A stretch of 60,224 nucleotides of DNA, counting the filler, from Circinaria calcarea (lineage: Eukaryota), in assembly GCA_051942165.1 (NCBI GenBank). It is 12 parts of 12 records of this genome, joined end to end, with 100 filler letters (N's around TTAATTAATTAA, not from the genome) between each part and the next. Parts side by side here need not be neighbours in the genome. Positions count along the whole stretch, not along the records: positions 1 to 4,940 come from JAVECS010002111.1; positions 5,041 to 9,979 come from JAVECS010002112.1; positions 10,080 to 15,011 come from JAVECS010002113.1; 9 more parts are not named here. One strand, written 5' to 3'. Below, piece by piece: positions 1-13,271 of the stretch. Below the pieces are notes generated by a model, which saw only the letters and a list, made by a program, of their open reading frames with translations, searched no databases and was not told the DNA's origin. How positions within the stretch are numbered: position 1 is the first letter of the stretch; every line of letters begins with the position of its first letter. Position numbers and translations under genes: made by a program.

Positions 1-357
1 TACAAGGGATGCTGATGATCCTTTGTGCTTTCCCCCGTCTCGCCTCGCCAGGCACCTCTCTAAAAATCTCAGCCATGACGCGAGCACGGCGAGGTCCCGT
101 CAGCAAGCGAATTAGCTAAAAATAAAGCCAACACCGAAATCATTCATCAACACTTCAGGTGACTGCGACTCCCCTCCCATCAATGTGGATTATCTGATAA
201 CGAGTGACGGCCTTCAAAATCGTAAAGGCGCTAGAAGCACCGCGAACCTGCTCTGGGTCACCCTTTCCCATCACGCTCGGACTCCTGAGCCTTGCAAGCA
301 AAACCTGTCGTATCTGAAGGGGCTAGAGCTGCCATTGCTGGGCAGCTCACCATCATC

Positions 358-3300
358 ACGTCTTCCAACAAGAAGCGTAAGCTTTCGAAACAAGACCTTC
401 CAGATACCAAAGGGAACGTGATTTGGCCCCACCTTATCACTCCCACCTCACCTGTCCATCGCCACGCAAATCAGCCTTCCTCGCCTGGCCCCCCTTCCTC
501 AGACACTGCAACACAGTCGACAGCCTCCCCTTCGCCACCTCGCCCGATTCCCCAGCACCTTACCCAGCTCTGTGGTGCGATAGGAAGATCACCAACTCCA
601 GAACTATCGAGCACCGCCGCAAGCTCTCCAAGTGCGGCCTATGCCGTTTTGACTCTGGACAACGAGCACCGGGGGGATAATTCGGGGTCAGAGTCGGTTG
701 GGACTTATGATAACACGAGGCTATCCGCGAGCCGAAAAATCCTCGGTGGCGATCTCGGGCTGAATCGATCGTCTTCGCCTGCTAAAAGAACAAGAGCTGA
801 AATGGATGGAAGTGGTGAAGTACACGTTGTCGAGGATATAGACATGGAGAAGGGACCGCTTTCTCACTGTCCTCCAGAGGATATGAATGTTAACTCAGGG
901 CATCTGGACTCGGATGTCGAAGCCCGGGTCAGACCTCCTCATGGTGGTATAAATCACGCAAGGGAGATGTCGGTGGATATGCCGCAGGTGGAAGATGGTC
1001 TATCCCCGAAGTCGGGCCAGACCACCACTTTACTGGAGGACGGGAGTGATACAGCATCCTCGGCGGCAGTCTTAACACCACAGAGTGGTATGTCAAGCAG
1101 TAGCCCGGCATCAGAACCAGCATCGAAAACAAGTATAGTGAAACACTCACCGGAAGTCCAGGGTAGTGATATTCCTTCTATTGACAGCCAGATTAAACAG
1201 GTCACGGATCTAGCGTATGGACCTTTGAAAGAAGGTCAGAAAGGCTACATTATTTCCCGTAAATGGCTTTTACGCGTGCAGTCCAGGGGAAGTGATGCAC
1301 AAGCTAAAGGAAGAAACAACAAAGCTGCACTAGAAGGTGACGTTGGACCAGTTGATAATACTGGTATCAACCTTGTTATAGATCCATCGTCGGGCGATCT
1401 CAAAGATGAAGCTGGTGAACAGTTCATACCTTTGAAACCGAGCCTCCAGATGGGTGAGGATATCGAGATCTTGCCACAACAAGCTTGGGATCTGGTGGTC
1501 AAGTGGTACGGCTTGTCAGAAGGTTCACCAATAATTACGAGATACTGCCACAATACCAGCACAAGCGATACTGCACAAAATTTCCAGTACGAGCTGTACC
1601 CGCCATTGTTTACGATATTGAAACTCCCTGATTCGAGTGCTGGTGTGACGCAACAGGCCTCGAAAGAAAAGGAAAGACTGCCCATCAAGATATTGGCAAG
1701 TAGGCACGAAGGTTTTCAAAAGTTTTTGAAACGTGCAAAGGCCAAGGCAGGGATTAATATCAAGTCCAAAGTCCGCATTTGGAGGATTTTAGGTGCTCTA
1801 GGATTGAAGTCCCAAGCTGGCATGCTCACTCCGGCACAGTCAAGAAGCACGTCTCCAACTCCAAATGCCACTGTACCTCTAGATCCTGGGACATCACTGG
1901 TATTAGACGTGAACTCGTTTGCTACTCTGCAACAAGGCTCGCAACGTGAGCTGGTAGAGGTAAAAGATGAGACCATGAATGAAAAGTACAACGGTCATTC
2001 CAACCTTGGCTTTATCGGGCTTAACCAAGATGAAATCATTGTCTTGGAGGAGCAGATTGGCGGGCCTGCAGGTGGCGAGTGGGTTTCTGACGTTGTGGGC
2101 GGTCAAGCTGCTAGTAAAGGGGTGTCAATAAGCGTGACAAAGAATGGGACGACTACTGTTCAGAATGGATTGAAGGCCAAAGCAACCACATCAAATAGAA
2201 CGACAAGTCCAGCACCTGGTGGAATGATGACTAGAGGCCGTGCACAGAGGAGTGGCAGAACTCGGGGTACCATGGGGCTGGGCAACCTGGGAAATACTTG
2301 CTACATGAATTCGGCATTGCAATGTGTCAGGAGTGTCGAAGAGTTAACACTTTATTTCCTTCGTAAGCTGCCATGAAGTTGACCCCGATATTTTAAGCTC
2401 GGCTAAACAATTTCATAGAGGAGCAGTACAAACGGGAGCTTAATCCTCGAAACCCCCTCGCTCACAACGGTGAAGTTGCTAAGGCTTATGCGACGCTGCT
2501 AAAGGAGCTGTATAGCGACGGCTCATACTCTTCCTTCTCTCCGCGACATTTTAAGACAGTCATCGGCAAATACGGGCCGTCATTCTCAGGATACGGCCAA
2601 CAAGACTCACAAGAATTCCTGACTTTCCTACTAGATGGATTACAGGAGGACCTGAACCGGGTGCTTAAAAAGCCGTACATCGAGAAGCCTGACTCTACCG
2701 ATGAGATGGTGAACAATCCTGTCGCTCTGCGCGAGATGGCCGACAAATGCTGGGAAATATACAAAGCCCGCAATGACTCGGTCATAACAGATCTCTTTGC
2801 TGGCATGTATAAGTCCACCGTCGTCTGTCCGGTTTGTAGCAAAGTCAGCATCATCTTCGATCCCTTCAACAATCTTACGCTACAGTTACCGGTAGCGAAC
2901 GTTTGGTCGAAGATGGTTACATTCTTCCCGCTCTACTCCCGGCCTATCAGAGTCGATGTCGACATAGATAAAAATGCTAGCATATTAGAGCTGAAAGAGT
3001 ACGTTGCAAGAAAAGTGGGTGTAGACGCAAAGAAAACGGTTGCAGCGGAAATCTATAAGTATCGGTTCTTCAAGGTGTTTGAAGATAACGGCACTATTAA
3101 CGATCAGGGAATCAACGATGGCGATGACATTGCTATCTACGAAATTGAAGACATTCCGTCTAACTACCCACCACCAAAGAAGAAGGCCCAGAAACAAAAA
3201 TCTATACATTACAGCAACTCAGACGACGAGGAAGCTGTGCCTGAAGGTGACTCTCCTTTGGCGGATAAGATGCTTGTTGGTGTTTTTAATCGTCTTGTTA

Positions 3301-4940
3301 AGGACGGCTCTTCAAACTTTCAACAGCAGGGTCTATTCGGTGTTCCCTTCTTTATCGTTATCGATCGCGAGGAAGTATGGAACTACGATGCCATCTTACG
3401 GAAGGTATTGGCAAAAGTGGCGACCTTGACTACCGAAAACATACTCCAAGAGGAAGATGGGTCAGATGACGGTTCCGGCCAGCATGATGATTCTGATAGT
3501 GTTCTAATGACGACGGATGATGCAGACTCGTTGTCTGATACAAAGGTACAGGCCCAGTCAGTGCAGAGTGAAGACGGAATGGTCGACATCTCAATGCAAG
3601 ACGCCGATGAAATACCACAAGCAACACCACATATGTCTTATCCTCCACAGATTCGCAAGCTGAGACGACTGCCACGTATACTCCAGCCAGGTAAATCTAC
3701 TACACCGCAGCTCCGGACTCTATTCGACATGAAGTACTTGCGCGGGGAGACAATGATTCCAGTCGGCTGGAACGTAATCCAGGATGAGAACGCGGAATTC
3801 GAGAGTATTGCTTCTAGAATACCCAAGCCAGTATCGTCATCGCCATCGCCATGTATGACGCCGGACGAGCTTACACGGCCTGGGCAAGATACTGGGAGTT
3901 CCGTGTCAAGTGATGAAGATAATCACGTCCTATCAATGGCAAATACCTCGCTATCTCAGAATCAGAATGATAGCGACTCAGATGGCTTGCCAGACGTAGC
4001 TAACATCACCGATTCAAGTCATGGACGGCCTAGTAGGCCCAACAGAAAAGTGAGACGGAATAAGTCTGGGCTAATAACGTACTCCGGCAAAGGTAGGCGC
4101 TCCGTTAACATTCGCGGCGGTGGCAATATCGAACCCGATACAGACAAGATCAATGGTCCTCTGATCCGCCTAGGCGAGGCGATCATTCTCGACTGGAACA
4201 TAAGGAACTATGATGCATTGTTTGGTGGATCTGAAGTGACAGAAAATAGCATGCGCGGTGCTGCAACCTGGGAGCAATTACCTCTACTGCCAGATCCAGA
4301 ACTGGATCGCAAACGGCAGCTTCGATCAGCTCGCAAGCGAAACGGTATCAGCCTTGACGACTGCCTTGATGAATTTGGCAGAGCAGAGATTCTATCTGAA
4401 AGCAATGCATGGTTCTGCCCCCGATGCAAAGAGCATCGGCGAGCCAGCAAGAAATTTGAGTTGTGGAAATCGCCTGATATATTAGTAATCCATCTCAAGA
4501 GATTTAGTGCTCAAGGGCGTCTGAGAGACAAAATAGATGTATTGGTTGACTTTCCCCTAGAGGGCTTGGACCTCAGTTCGCGCGTTGCCATTCAGGAGGA
4601 TGGCAAGAGCCCGACATATGACCTCTTCGCAGTTGACAACCACTATGGAGGACTTGGTGGAGGTCATTATACAGCCTTTGCCAGAAATGTCAATGGCGAT
4701 TGGTACGAATACAACGGTAGGTCTCAGCATCCACTAGCATATCATGATCATATGACTGAACTTGGTACAGATTCCTCCGTATCTAAGCGAGAGCCTCACC
4801 TTGTCACCACACCGGCCGCATACCTTCTCTTCTATCGTCGCCGCTCTCCCAGAATTCTTGGCGGTCCTTTTTTCGAAGAGACCCTTCAGGCTGTATATGG
4901 TACGCCATCGACAGAGGCGCCTTCGCATTCGACGTCGCGA
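358..4940 (+). CDS. UBP12: Ubiquitin-specific protease, UBP12/USP4-11-15 type (DUSP-like region + peptidase C19); 3'-truncated by contig end; start codon uncertain
   Basis: Cys box GLGNLGNTCYMNSALQC, QQDSQEF, WFCPRCK, His box NHYGGLGGGHY. Introns 2363-2418 (GTAAGC..TAG) and 4717-4770 (GTAGGT..CAG; removal restores YNDSSVS). First in-frame ATG is at 802; ACG at 358 proposed as start. Confidence 0.92.
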
Positions 4941-5040
4941 NNNNNNNNNNNNNNNNNNNNNNNNNNNNNNNNNNNNNNNNNNNNTTAATTAATTAANNNN
5001 NNNNNNNNNNNNNNNNNNNNNNNNNNNNNNNNNNNNNNNN
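4941..5040. other. Artificial contig linker N44-TTAATTAATTAA-N44 (first of 11)
   Basis: Same 100-bp spacer also at 9980-10079, 15012-15111, 20040-20139, 25068-25167, 30094-30193, 35119-35218, 40142-40241, 45164-45263, 50185-50284, 55205-55304. The 12-mer has stops in all six frames. Confidence 0.99.
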
Positions 5041-6259
5041 TTCATTGGTGGGAACCGAGTGACTGCTGCAGGCTGTATTGCATATGGAAGACAAGAATAG
5101 GCATTGGGATGATGGAGCGCAGCCAATCCAACGCCGCATGGACTTCCCTCCATTCTTCCTGCCATGTGGGATGATAACGCGCTGTTCTCTGATCGCCCTT
5201 CGCCCCCGCCCGGCCTCTCCCTTTTGTGCCTCTCCCTCTGGACTCTGAACTCTGGATTCTGGCGTCTGTCTGGTCCTGGTACTTTTGGCGCTTAGCCCTG
5301 GTGCAAGCTCCAACCCCCGCAGGTCGGACTAGTGTGCCTAGGATCTGCTTGGCTCCATTGATGGCTTGCCGCGACCGGGGGGAGGTGGCGGGGATTGAAT
5401 GCGAGTTTAATGCAGCTCTACCACTGAACCATAATAGTCTTCTGGATGAGCCGTGGTAACCCTCTTTCGTTTGGCTTCGGTGACCCTCACTCGCCGTCAG
5501 GGCAGCATGGGTTTATCGAAAGCACAGGCACCGTACTAATCACGCTGCCCGTGTGTGCAGGTTACGGACCTGCATCCTGAGAAAGACGGGCATCTGAAGG
5601 CGGAGAAGCCGGAGGCGCTGCTGAAATGGTCAACGGGGTGAGGAGGACGGGGATAAGTATGACTAATGAACGACATGATGATGGACAGATTAATCACAGG
5701 CGTGCAATGGGAATGACGGGGATCTGTGGTACATTGCATACGGTAGATTAACGCTGGTCTGTAGTCGTTCTCCCCCCAAACTCGATGAAGTCGTTGTACC
5801 CTGCAGCAGGAGCAACAAACAGCAGCAGTCGACTTACATCCATGAGCTTCTGGTCGATGATGCAGTAGTGACCATTATCCCATATTACAAGTACATCCAG
5901 TGCATCCAGGACACCCCGTTTACCGCTGTCAGAAATCAACAAACTGCCCCGACGCACTTGGGATTTTCCAAGCACTGTGCAACTCCCCGTCATGCTGGAC
6001 TGCCTGTAGCCGCAAGCGCAACTACGTATTATCTACACGCTCTCGCTCCTCTTTATTGTTATCGCGGTGCCGTTGCTTGAATTTTTGCATTCTTGCGGGA
6101 GAAGAGTGTTGCCTGTGCCAGCGTCCGAAGAAGTACTGGCCCACATCATCATATTACCAGTCTCAAAGTTTCTCACACGAATCCCGTCTTAACTTAATCT
6201 CATGTCGAACCTTCAGGCTGGGGTGAAAACACACGTCATAGCCAAGGGTCGGTGGAGAG

Positions 6260-9200
6260 ATGTCGTCCAATGGGCAACAGACATCTCTGATATACCCTCA
6301 TACATATTCAATGTCCGACACAGCCATCCAGACACTCCCTCTTCCTCCGCATGACTCCCTCGGCCTCAATGGATACATGATTGCCGACCCACACTCTCCA
6401 CTAATGAACGACTCCCGCCAGAGCGTGCGTACATATCATCCTCAACACCGAGCCTCCGGAATTCCCATCAGCACGTATTCAGAATACAGTATTCCATACC
6501 AGAACAACATTGACGCCAACATACAGGGATATGAGAGCCCGCTGAGCAACCGAATAGACTCGCCCCAAGAGAGCAAAGCAACATTCGGTCCATTCGCGGA
6601 GACGTCTAGCGGCAGAGCGCCAGTGGCACCTGGGAGAGACCATCGTCCAAGCATCAGCAGCGCCGGACACATCGGGTCCCAGCACCGAAACGGCAGTATC
6701 GATGAATCTGATGTAACGAGTGCCACGAGTTCGCGAGAGTACGGCAACCGAGAATCAGATGAGCCCATACCCCCTCTTCGGAGCAATGATGCAATCAACG
6801 GGAACAGAGAAGATTCTCAGACCCGGGACAGCAAAGGCAAGGCGCCGCCGTGGAGCGAGCTTAAGACAAAAGCCGGAAAAGAGAGGAAAAGGTTGCCGCT
6901 GGCATGTATCACCTGCAGAAGAAAGAAGATACGTTGCTCCGGGGAAAAACCTGCATGCAAGCACTGCCTTCGATCCAGGATCCCATGTGTATATAAAATC
7001 ACCACAAGAAAGGCCGCACCCCGCACGGATTACATGGCGATGCTAGACAAACGGCTCAAGAGAATGGAAGAAAGGGTCATCAAGATCATACCCAGGGAAG
7101 ACGCCGGCAAACTGCCAGGTATTGGCAGAGCAAACGTGAAGCCGCCCCCGTCCAGTCAAGTCAGCAAATCTAGCGCTTCAAGGAAGCGAGTCGCAGACCA
7201 AGCTTTTGGAAGCCAACTAGATGATTGGGCACACACGGGTAACACCTACCCGACGTTGCAATCACGTCCACCGTCAGGAGCGTTTGAAAAGGCAGAGAAT
7301 CGATTGCTGACAGAAGGTGCGGACCATCTCCCATCCAAGGAAATCCAGGAGCATCTAGCAGAGGTATATTTCGACTGTCTTTATGGGCAATCTTATCATA
7401 TACTACATAAGCCAAGTTTCATGCGAAAACTACGGTCAGTCGAGGCCAAAGTTGCGTCTTCACTGAGAGAAAGCTAATCGAGAGCCAGAGCTGGTAAGGT
7501 GCCGCCCGTGCTGGTTCTAGCCGTCTGCGCGGTCGCCGCCCGTTTTTCAACGCATCCCCAGGTGAAGGGCGAACCGGCATTTCTTCGTGGAGAATCTTGG
7601 GCAAAGCCATCAAGGGACATTGCATTGAAGCGGTACGATGAACCGAATATTACCATCCTCATCGTGCTTCTGATCCTCGGGCTGCATGAGTTTGGCACGT
7701 GCCAAGGTGGTCGAAGTTGGATGCTCGCAGGCATGGCAATGCGGATGGCCTACGCCTTACAACTGCATCGGGAATTAGAGTATGATCCTCTGGGACGGGA
7801 AAGGGACAAGGGCTCGGAGCTGAGCTTTGTCGACCGAGAGATCCGTCGAAGGACGATGTGGTCTTGCTTTCTCATGGATCGTTTCAATTCTTCAGGCACT
7901 GAAAGACCAATGGTGATTAACGAAGAGAACATCAAGGTCCAGCTGCCGATTAAAGAGTCCAACTTTCAAATGGAGATCCCCGGACCTACAGAAAGCTTAG
8001 ATGGTACTGCTCCGAACCCGGTGCAGCCCGATACGGGACAGGTATCTATTCCAAAGGGAAACATGGGCGTTGCTTCGTACTCGATACGCATCATAGCGCT
8101 TTGGGGCCGAGTCATCAGGTACTTCAATCTAGGCGGCAAACAGGCGGATCCACATGCACTGTGGCATCCAGACTCTCAGTACGCTGATCTCAAGAAGCAG
8201 GCCCAAGCGTTTAAGGATTCGCTACCCGAGTCTTTGTTGTACACCTCAAGCAATTTGCAAATCCACGCTGCCGAGAAATTAGCAAATCAGTTTCTGTTCA
8301 TGCACATCAGTTACAATCAAGTCGTGCTCTTCCTACACAAGTTCGCAATCCCAAACGCTCCGGGAGGAAAGATACCGAAGGACATACCCAAAGAATTTGG
8401 CAATGAGGCAGCACAGACTGCACTGGAAGCAGCCGCCCAAATCTCCATTCTCATCAACGAAGCGACCGGGCACTCGGTGTATGCTCCTTTCGCTGGCTAT
8501 TGCGCCTTCGCTTCCAGTACAGTGCACGTATTTGCTATATTTACGAAGAGTCCACTATTCGAGGCCTCTTCGAAACGCCATCTAGCACATAATGTAAAAT
8601 ATCTAAGTAAAATGAAGATGTATTGGGGAATGTTCCACTATATGGCTGAAAGTTTGAAAGATATATATCGGCAGCATCATGATGCGGCGCAGAGAGGTCC
8701 AGGCGTCACGGCTTCAGGCAAACAAGATGCTTCTAGTTTCCAGTACGGAGATTGGTTTGAGAAGTATCCGCGAGGCGTTTCGGGTACCGACTATCAAAAT
8801 CCTTCTGTCGAGGTAAAGAGAGAATCGGGCCATGATGTAGCGCTCAGCCAGAAGTCCGATCTGCAAAGCGTCGAAGAGTATTTCACGACCATTTCGGCAC
8901 CTACACGCGCCGAACCCCAGCGGAAATCCAGCAAACGGCAAGGAAAGGAAAATATCCAGCCGGACCAGCCAGACCACCTAGTTCCAAACATCAAGGCGGA
9001 ATGTCAAATGTCACATGTGCAGATGCTCCATCATCAGCAACATCCCATGGTCAACCTTACCCGACTTCACCAAGAGCAAGCCATGAGCCCGCCTCCTTAT
9101 TCCCATGAACTCTACACGCCTTCCCATCCTACCTATCCTCTCCACAGCTTCGCGCCTACGAATCTCATGCCCATGCCCCATCCTGGTATCCTGATGCCGG

Positions 9201-9505
9201 AGCTCGACCGGCAATTGGTCTATGGCGCCTACGCCGGACACGGTTCCACCGCGACCACTTCGACCAACACTCTCAACGGCCTCATGGGCAGTAACGGCTT
9301 ATGGGACCAATCCATAGATATCTCCCACGCCATGGCGGCTTCGTACGGGTATGGTGATGTGGGTACCAGCGCCTGGCTAATGCCCTTTAATTTAAACCCG
9401 CCCGACATCCGGACCGAGGCGGAGTTTGCGGGACTGGGTGTTCGTGGAAGTGAAGGCGGCGAGGGAGATGGGATGAACAGAAATGGAAATGGAAATGGGG
9501 TCTGA
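6260..9505 (+). CDS. Zn(II)2Cys6 transcription factor with fungal-specific TF (middle homology) domain
   Basis: ACITCRRKKIRCSGEKPACKHCLRSRIPC cluster; GMAMRMAYALQLH and REIRRRTMWSCFLMDR motifs. Intron 7435-7488 (GTCAGT..GCTAAT..CAG) joins the two ORFs in frame. Confidence 0.95.
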
Positions 9506-9943
9506 GACGCGCCGGCCGAGAGAACTTGTGATTATCCACGCTACGGGTTGTGCATTTCTCCACTAGTGGGGACTTGAAAGGGGGCGCATGGGGGGGATTT
9601 TTTTTCCAACCATCTACGGAGTACGGCAATTTGTGGCCGGTGATTTAACTAGGCCAGGCGGGTATGTATAGTGTACCATTTTGTAAATAAATCGCCTGTA
9701 ATGTAGCGAGCATCATCATCACTTTTGGGGATCTAGGTTAACGATCTCAACTTGCCGGATATTTTTTCCCCCTACACGGCCGCTGTTGTCACTTTCATTG
9801 TCATTGTCATTGTCTTTAATTTAAATCATTAATCCTATATTTGTTGAAAATCAAAATCGCTTTTCGAAAACGAACGAATTTCGCCCCTAAAAACCCGGTT
9901 TGTAGAATGTAGAATGGGCCGAATTTTCGGGATTTCCGGTTGA

Positions 9944-9979
9944 GGGAAAGGGGAAAGGGGAAAGGGGAAAGGGGAAAGG
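9944..9979. repeat. (GGGAAAG)n heptamer repeat at contig end
   Basis: About 5 tandem units running into the linker. Confidence 0.9.
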
Positions 9980-11276
9980 NNNNNNNNNNNNNNNNNNNNN
10001 NNNNNNNNNNNNNNNNNNNNNNNTTAATTAATTAANNNNNNNNNNNNNNNNNNNNNNNNNNNNNNNNNNNNNNNNNNNNGGGGAATGGAGGGTGTAAGAA
10101 GGAGAAGAGGGAGGTTTGAGTGGAGGATTGGGGCAGGGGTGGGTGAGATGATGATTGAGATGTGAGTAGAGCGTTAATCAGTCATTTCATGATATAGGCG
10201 GATGAAAGAAGAACAACAACAACAACAACAGGGAGACCAACGAATGTGACGTTTAGATGCAAAGGGTGGATATCGGCCGCGCAGCTCAGCTTCTATAACT
10301 TGCTTTTCCGATTCCGTGCCGACCCGGATATAGATAATAAACCCTCGGCGCTCGAGGTCTAGCATAAGAATACGCGTGAGAGGTGAGTGTGGGGATCCTG
10401 CTAGAATAATAAATTTCTATTCTGGCTTCGTTGGCCGTCTATTTCGCACGGCGTCTTTCTCTATAATGTCGCCCGTTTATAAACGACGAGAAAGGTCCCC
10501 GGTACCGATAAAGGTAATAACAGCGGCAATAACGCGCTCGGTTCCTGGATATTTAATCCTAGACTTCGTTTAAAATAAACTGAAAGGCGCTTTAGGTGGC
10601 TGCAGAACAGCCGCGGTAGATAAGGAAAAATAGACGACGGCTTCACCGAGTCCGGGAGCCATAGTGAAGCTTTATAATGTCTCTCGGAGCGAATCGCCAA
10701 CTTCTGCGATATGACGATCGATTGATGGAGTCGGCGATGGAGTCAGCGGTGTCGCGGGGAGAATTCTGCGGCTTCGCGACTGAATCTTAGGATGTCGTCC
10801 GGTATCATCGAGGAAAGCTATCGAGGGTGGTTAGTCGTCGTCTCTGGAGACATGAGGATGTACAACTAGATTGATGAATTGCTCAGACCCATTCGTCTCC
10901 CGATCGGGCATTTTTACTACAAAGACGAGCAGCCTGACGACAAATCGTCGAGGTTCAGTACGAAGTATCAGTCACTATTCAAACGGAGGGGCACAGGGGG
11001 ATGTGGCGGGGAAGCACGTGATATGGAAACGTTGAATCAGGATTGGATCGTCGAACAACAAGGTATTTATTCAATCACTCGATCCTGAATGTGGAGTATG
11101 CCCTCTCCTCTTTGGCATCGACAAATTCAGTAATATCTTCGGAATTGGTTTTCGGGGTGGTTAGCTCGCTCTCTCTGTATCTAAGCTCGTAAATATCACA
11201 ACTCTTAACGATAAGAAATAATCAATACATCTGATATGCATCTGATAGCGCTCCCAGACCTCCTTGCCGTGATTGT

Positions 11277-12149
11277 TTAGCTTTTTGAGTGTGATGAGCC
11301 GTCCTCGTTTCCATTGGTAGTATCCCGTGACGGCTCCTTGATCATCGCTCGTTGTCTTCCTCTCTCGATGAACTCGGCTAAAAGTAGGTTCATAACCGTG
11401 ATTACAAGAGCTAGCATCATGGTCAACCATTCTCTTCCACGTGCGGTCGCTGCCCCAGTCAAGGCACCGGTGAAAATCGTAAAAACCAGCGATATCCTCT
11501 TCAGAGTCTGAGAATAAAGGTGCTCCTCGTGGCGTGGATGGTCGTAGAAGAGGTTATTGACAGCGGCTGTACAAAGAGGAAGAGGCAGCTCATGTACCTG
11601 AAGTATTTTGATGAGGGAAAAGCTGCAGCCAGACCAGAATGAGAGGAGAAGGGCGAGGGAGAAAGTAGCGGAGGAGTTGATGATGATTCTATTAACGTCG
11701 ACCTTCAAGTATATACTACTGATAACGGCGGCAATCAATAGGATTGAACTGAAAGAGAGCCCAAGCTGGTAGGATCTCATTTGTGATAGGCAACGTTTGG
11801 AGGCAATTTTCCTAAGGCCGTAGTGGCCGGAACAGAGGGAACCCAAGGCAAAGCCACCCCACACCAAGAAGGCATCGTAAGGAAACACGAAGTGGGAACG
11901 TGGGTCCGAAAGGCTTTGCAGGCGTGAGGCGACGATTATAACAGTGCCAGTGATGAAGCCAGCGAAGACGCTAAGGCAGGTATAGGAGAAGCCCTCGACT
12001 ATGCTCTGGAGGAATATCTGAAGAAGGCAAAGGACGGTTATGGCACTGGGGAGGTAGGTAGGCGGAGGTTTTGAGGGCTGCCCGCCGGGAGGAGGGTTTA
12101 TGGTGATCGCCACAGCGCTCGATCTCCTGCTCGAGAAAGGAGTAGGCAT
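11277..12149 (-). CDS. Multi-pass membrane protein, divergent DUF1275/YoaK-like
   Basis: Intronless ORF with 6-7 hydrophobic segments; N-terminal IVEGFSY..SVFAGFITGT and C-terminal KRISLVFTIFTGALTGA resemble DUF1275 motifs. ATG at 12149 preferred over 12368. Confidence 0.6.
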   Translation of the reverse strand: MPTPFSSRRSSAVAITINPPPGGQPSKPPPTYLPSAITVLCLLQIFLQSIVEGFSYTCLSVFAGFITGTVIIVASRLQSLSDPRSHFVFPYDAFLVWGGFALGSLCSGHYGLRKIASKRCLSQMRSYQLGLSFSSILLIAAVISSIYLKVDVNRIIINSSATFSLALLLSFWSGCSFSLIKILQVHELPLPLCTAAVNNLFYDHPRHEEHLYSQTLKRISLVFTIFTGALTGAATARGREWLTMMLALVITVMNLLLAEFIERGRQRAMIKEPSRDTTNGNEDGSSHSKS

Positions 12150-13271
12150 ATAGGCAGTGAACTTTTCTTTGAAGGTCTTTGATGTGGTATAAAACTGACT
12201 GGGTGAGACACGGATGGTTCTTGTCTCAGTGCAGATATGGAAGAACACGTTTATGGGCCAAAAAGACGATTCCCAAACGTTCAATCCAGACCGTGGAGTG
12301 AAGGAACTAAATACTTCTAGGCCATCGCGCGTATATAAGAAAGCATAGCGGTTGTGTGATATATGCATGTAACATCAAATTTGACCAAAGTCTACATTGT
12401 TCCATTAGGCCGTGAGCTTAAGGTGCACCTTTATCTATGCGAGAGGGTACTGCATGCTATGGATGGCTAATGTGAAGAACTTATGGTCGAATAATATCCG
12501 TTGACAAACGGAGAATGAAGAATGAACAGACCGATTATGCTTGATGACGTCCCACATGCGATAACCATTCGTAACGATAACGCAAGAAACCCTGCCTGGC
12601 TGCCTGGCGGTCTTTGGTCTGGCTCTCGAGTGTTTGCGCCAAGATGCATGTTGCGATCGACTGTTGTTGAGCGATCGACAAACTCTTCGCACTATTTTGG
12701 CTTGATCGGTACGGAAGAGAGTTGACAGCCTTTGGTGGCTAGTATGATGTCGAGATGTCGAGGCCGACCGAACCGATATCGAGGGAGCCGAAACAGGGCG
12801 GAGGAAAGAAGCCTTGCGAACCACGCAGCACATACAGTAAATTGCGAGATGATAGTCATCAGGTAGTCAGCAGCGATTGGCCTTTACGTGACCTTTCCGA
12901 GATACGTGATGAGATCTCGAGATGATACTCACCCACACTCATTAGAGCGCCCGGCCAATGTACACATGATCCGTCCTGTGGAAAGCGCGCATCTGAGTAG
13001 GACTGGAAGTTGTAGGAACTGCTTGCCCATTCCATACGCGCGCAACCACTAGTCGCCTTGGCTCCACCACAGGTGTTTCGCTGTTTATACAGAAGTAGGT
13101 TTTAGAAATGTCGAAAAACGAAAAAACGAAAATCGCACAGGTGGACAAGTGTTTTTGGAAAGTTGATACGAATCACGGGCGTCGAGTTATACTGGTTGTT
13201 TAGAACGGGGGCGGGTATATCAGTTAAGAAAGCCCCAAGCAAATAACTCATCACTGATTCTCCCCCCCAAT

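Noticed and set aside
5673..5740. ATGATGA box C-like motif upstream of the Zn2Cys6 gene
   Set aside because: No box D at a suitable distance and no recognisable guide.
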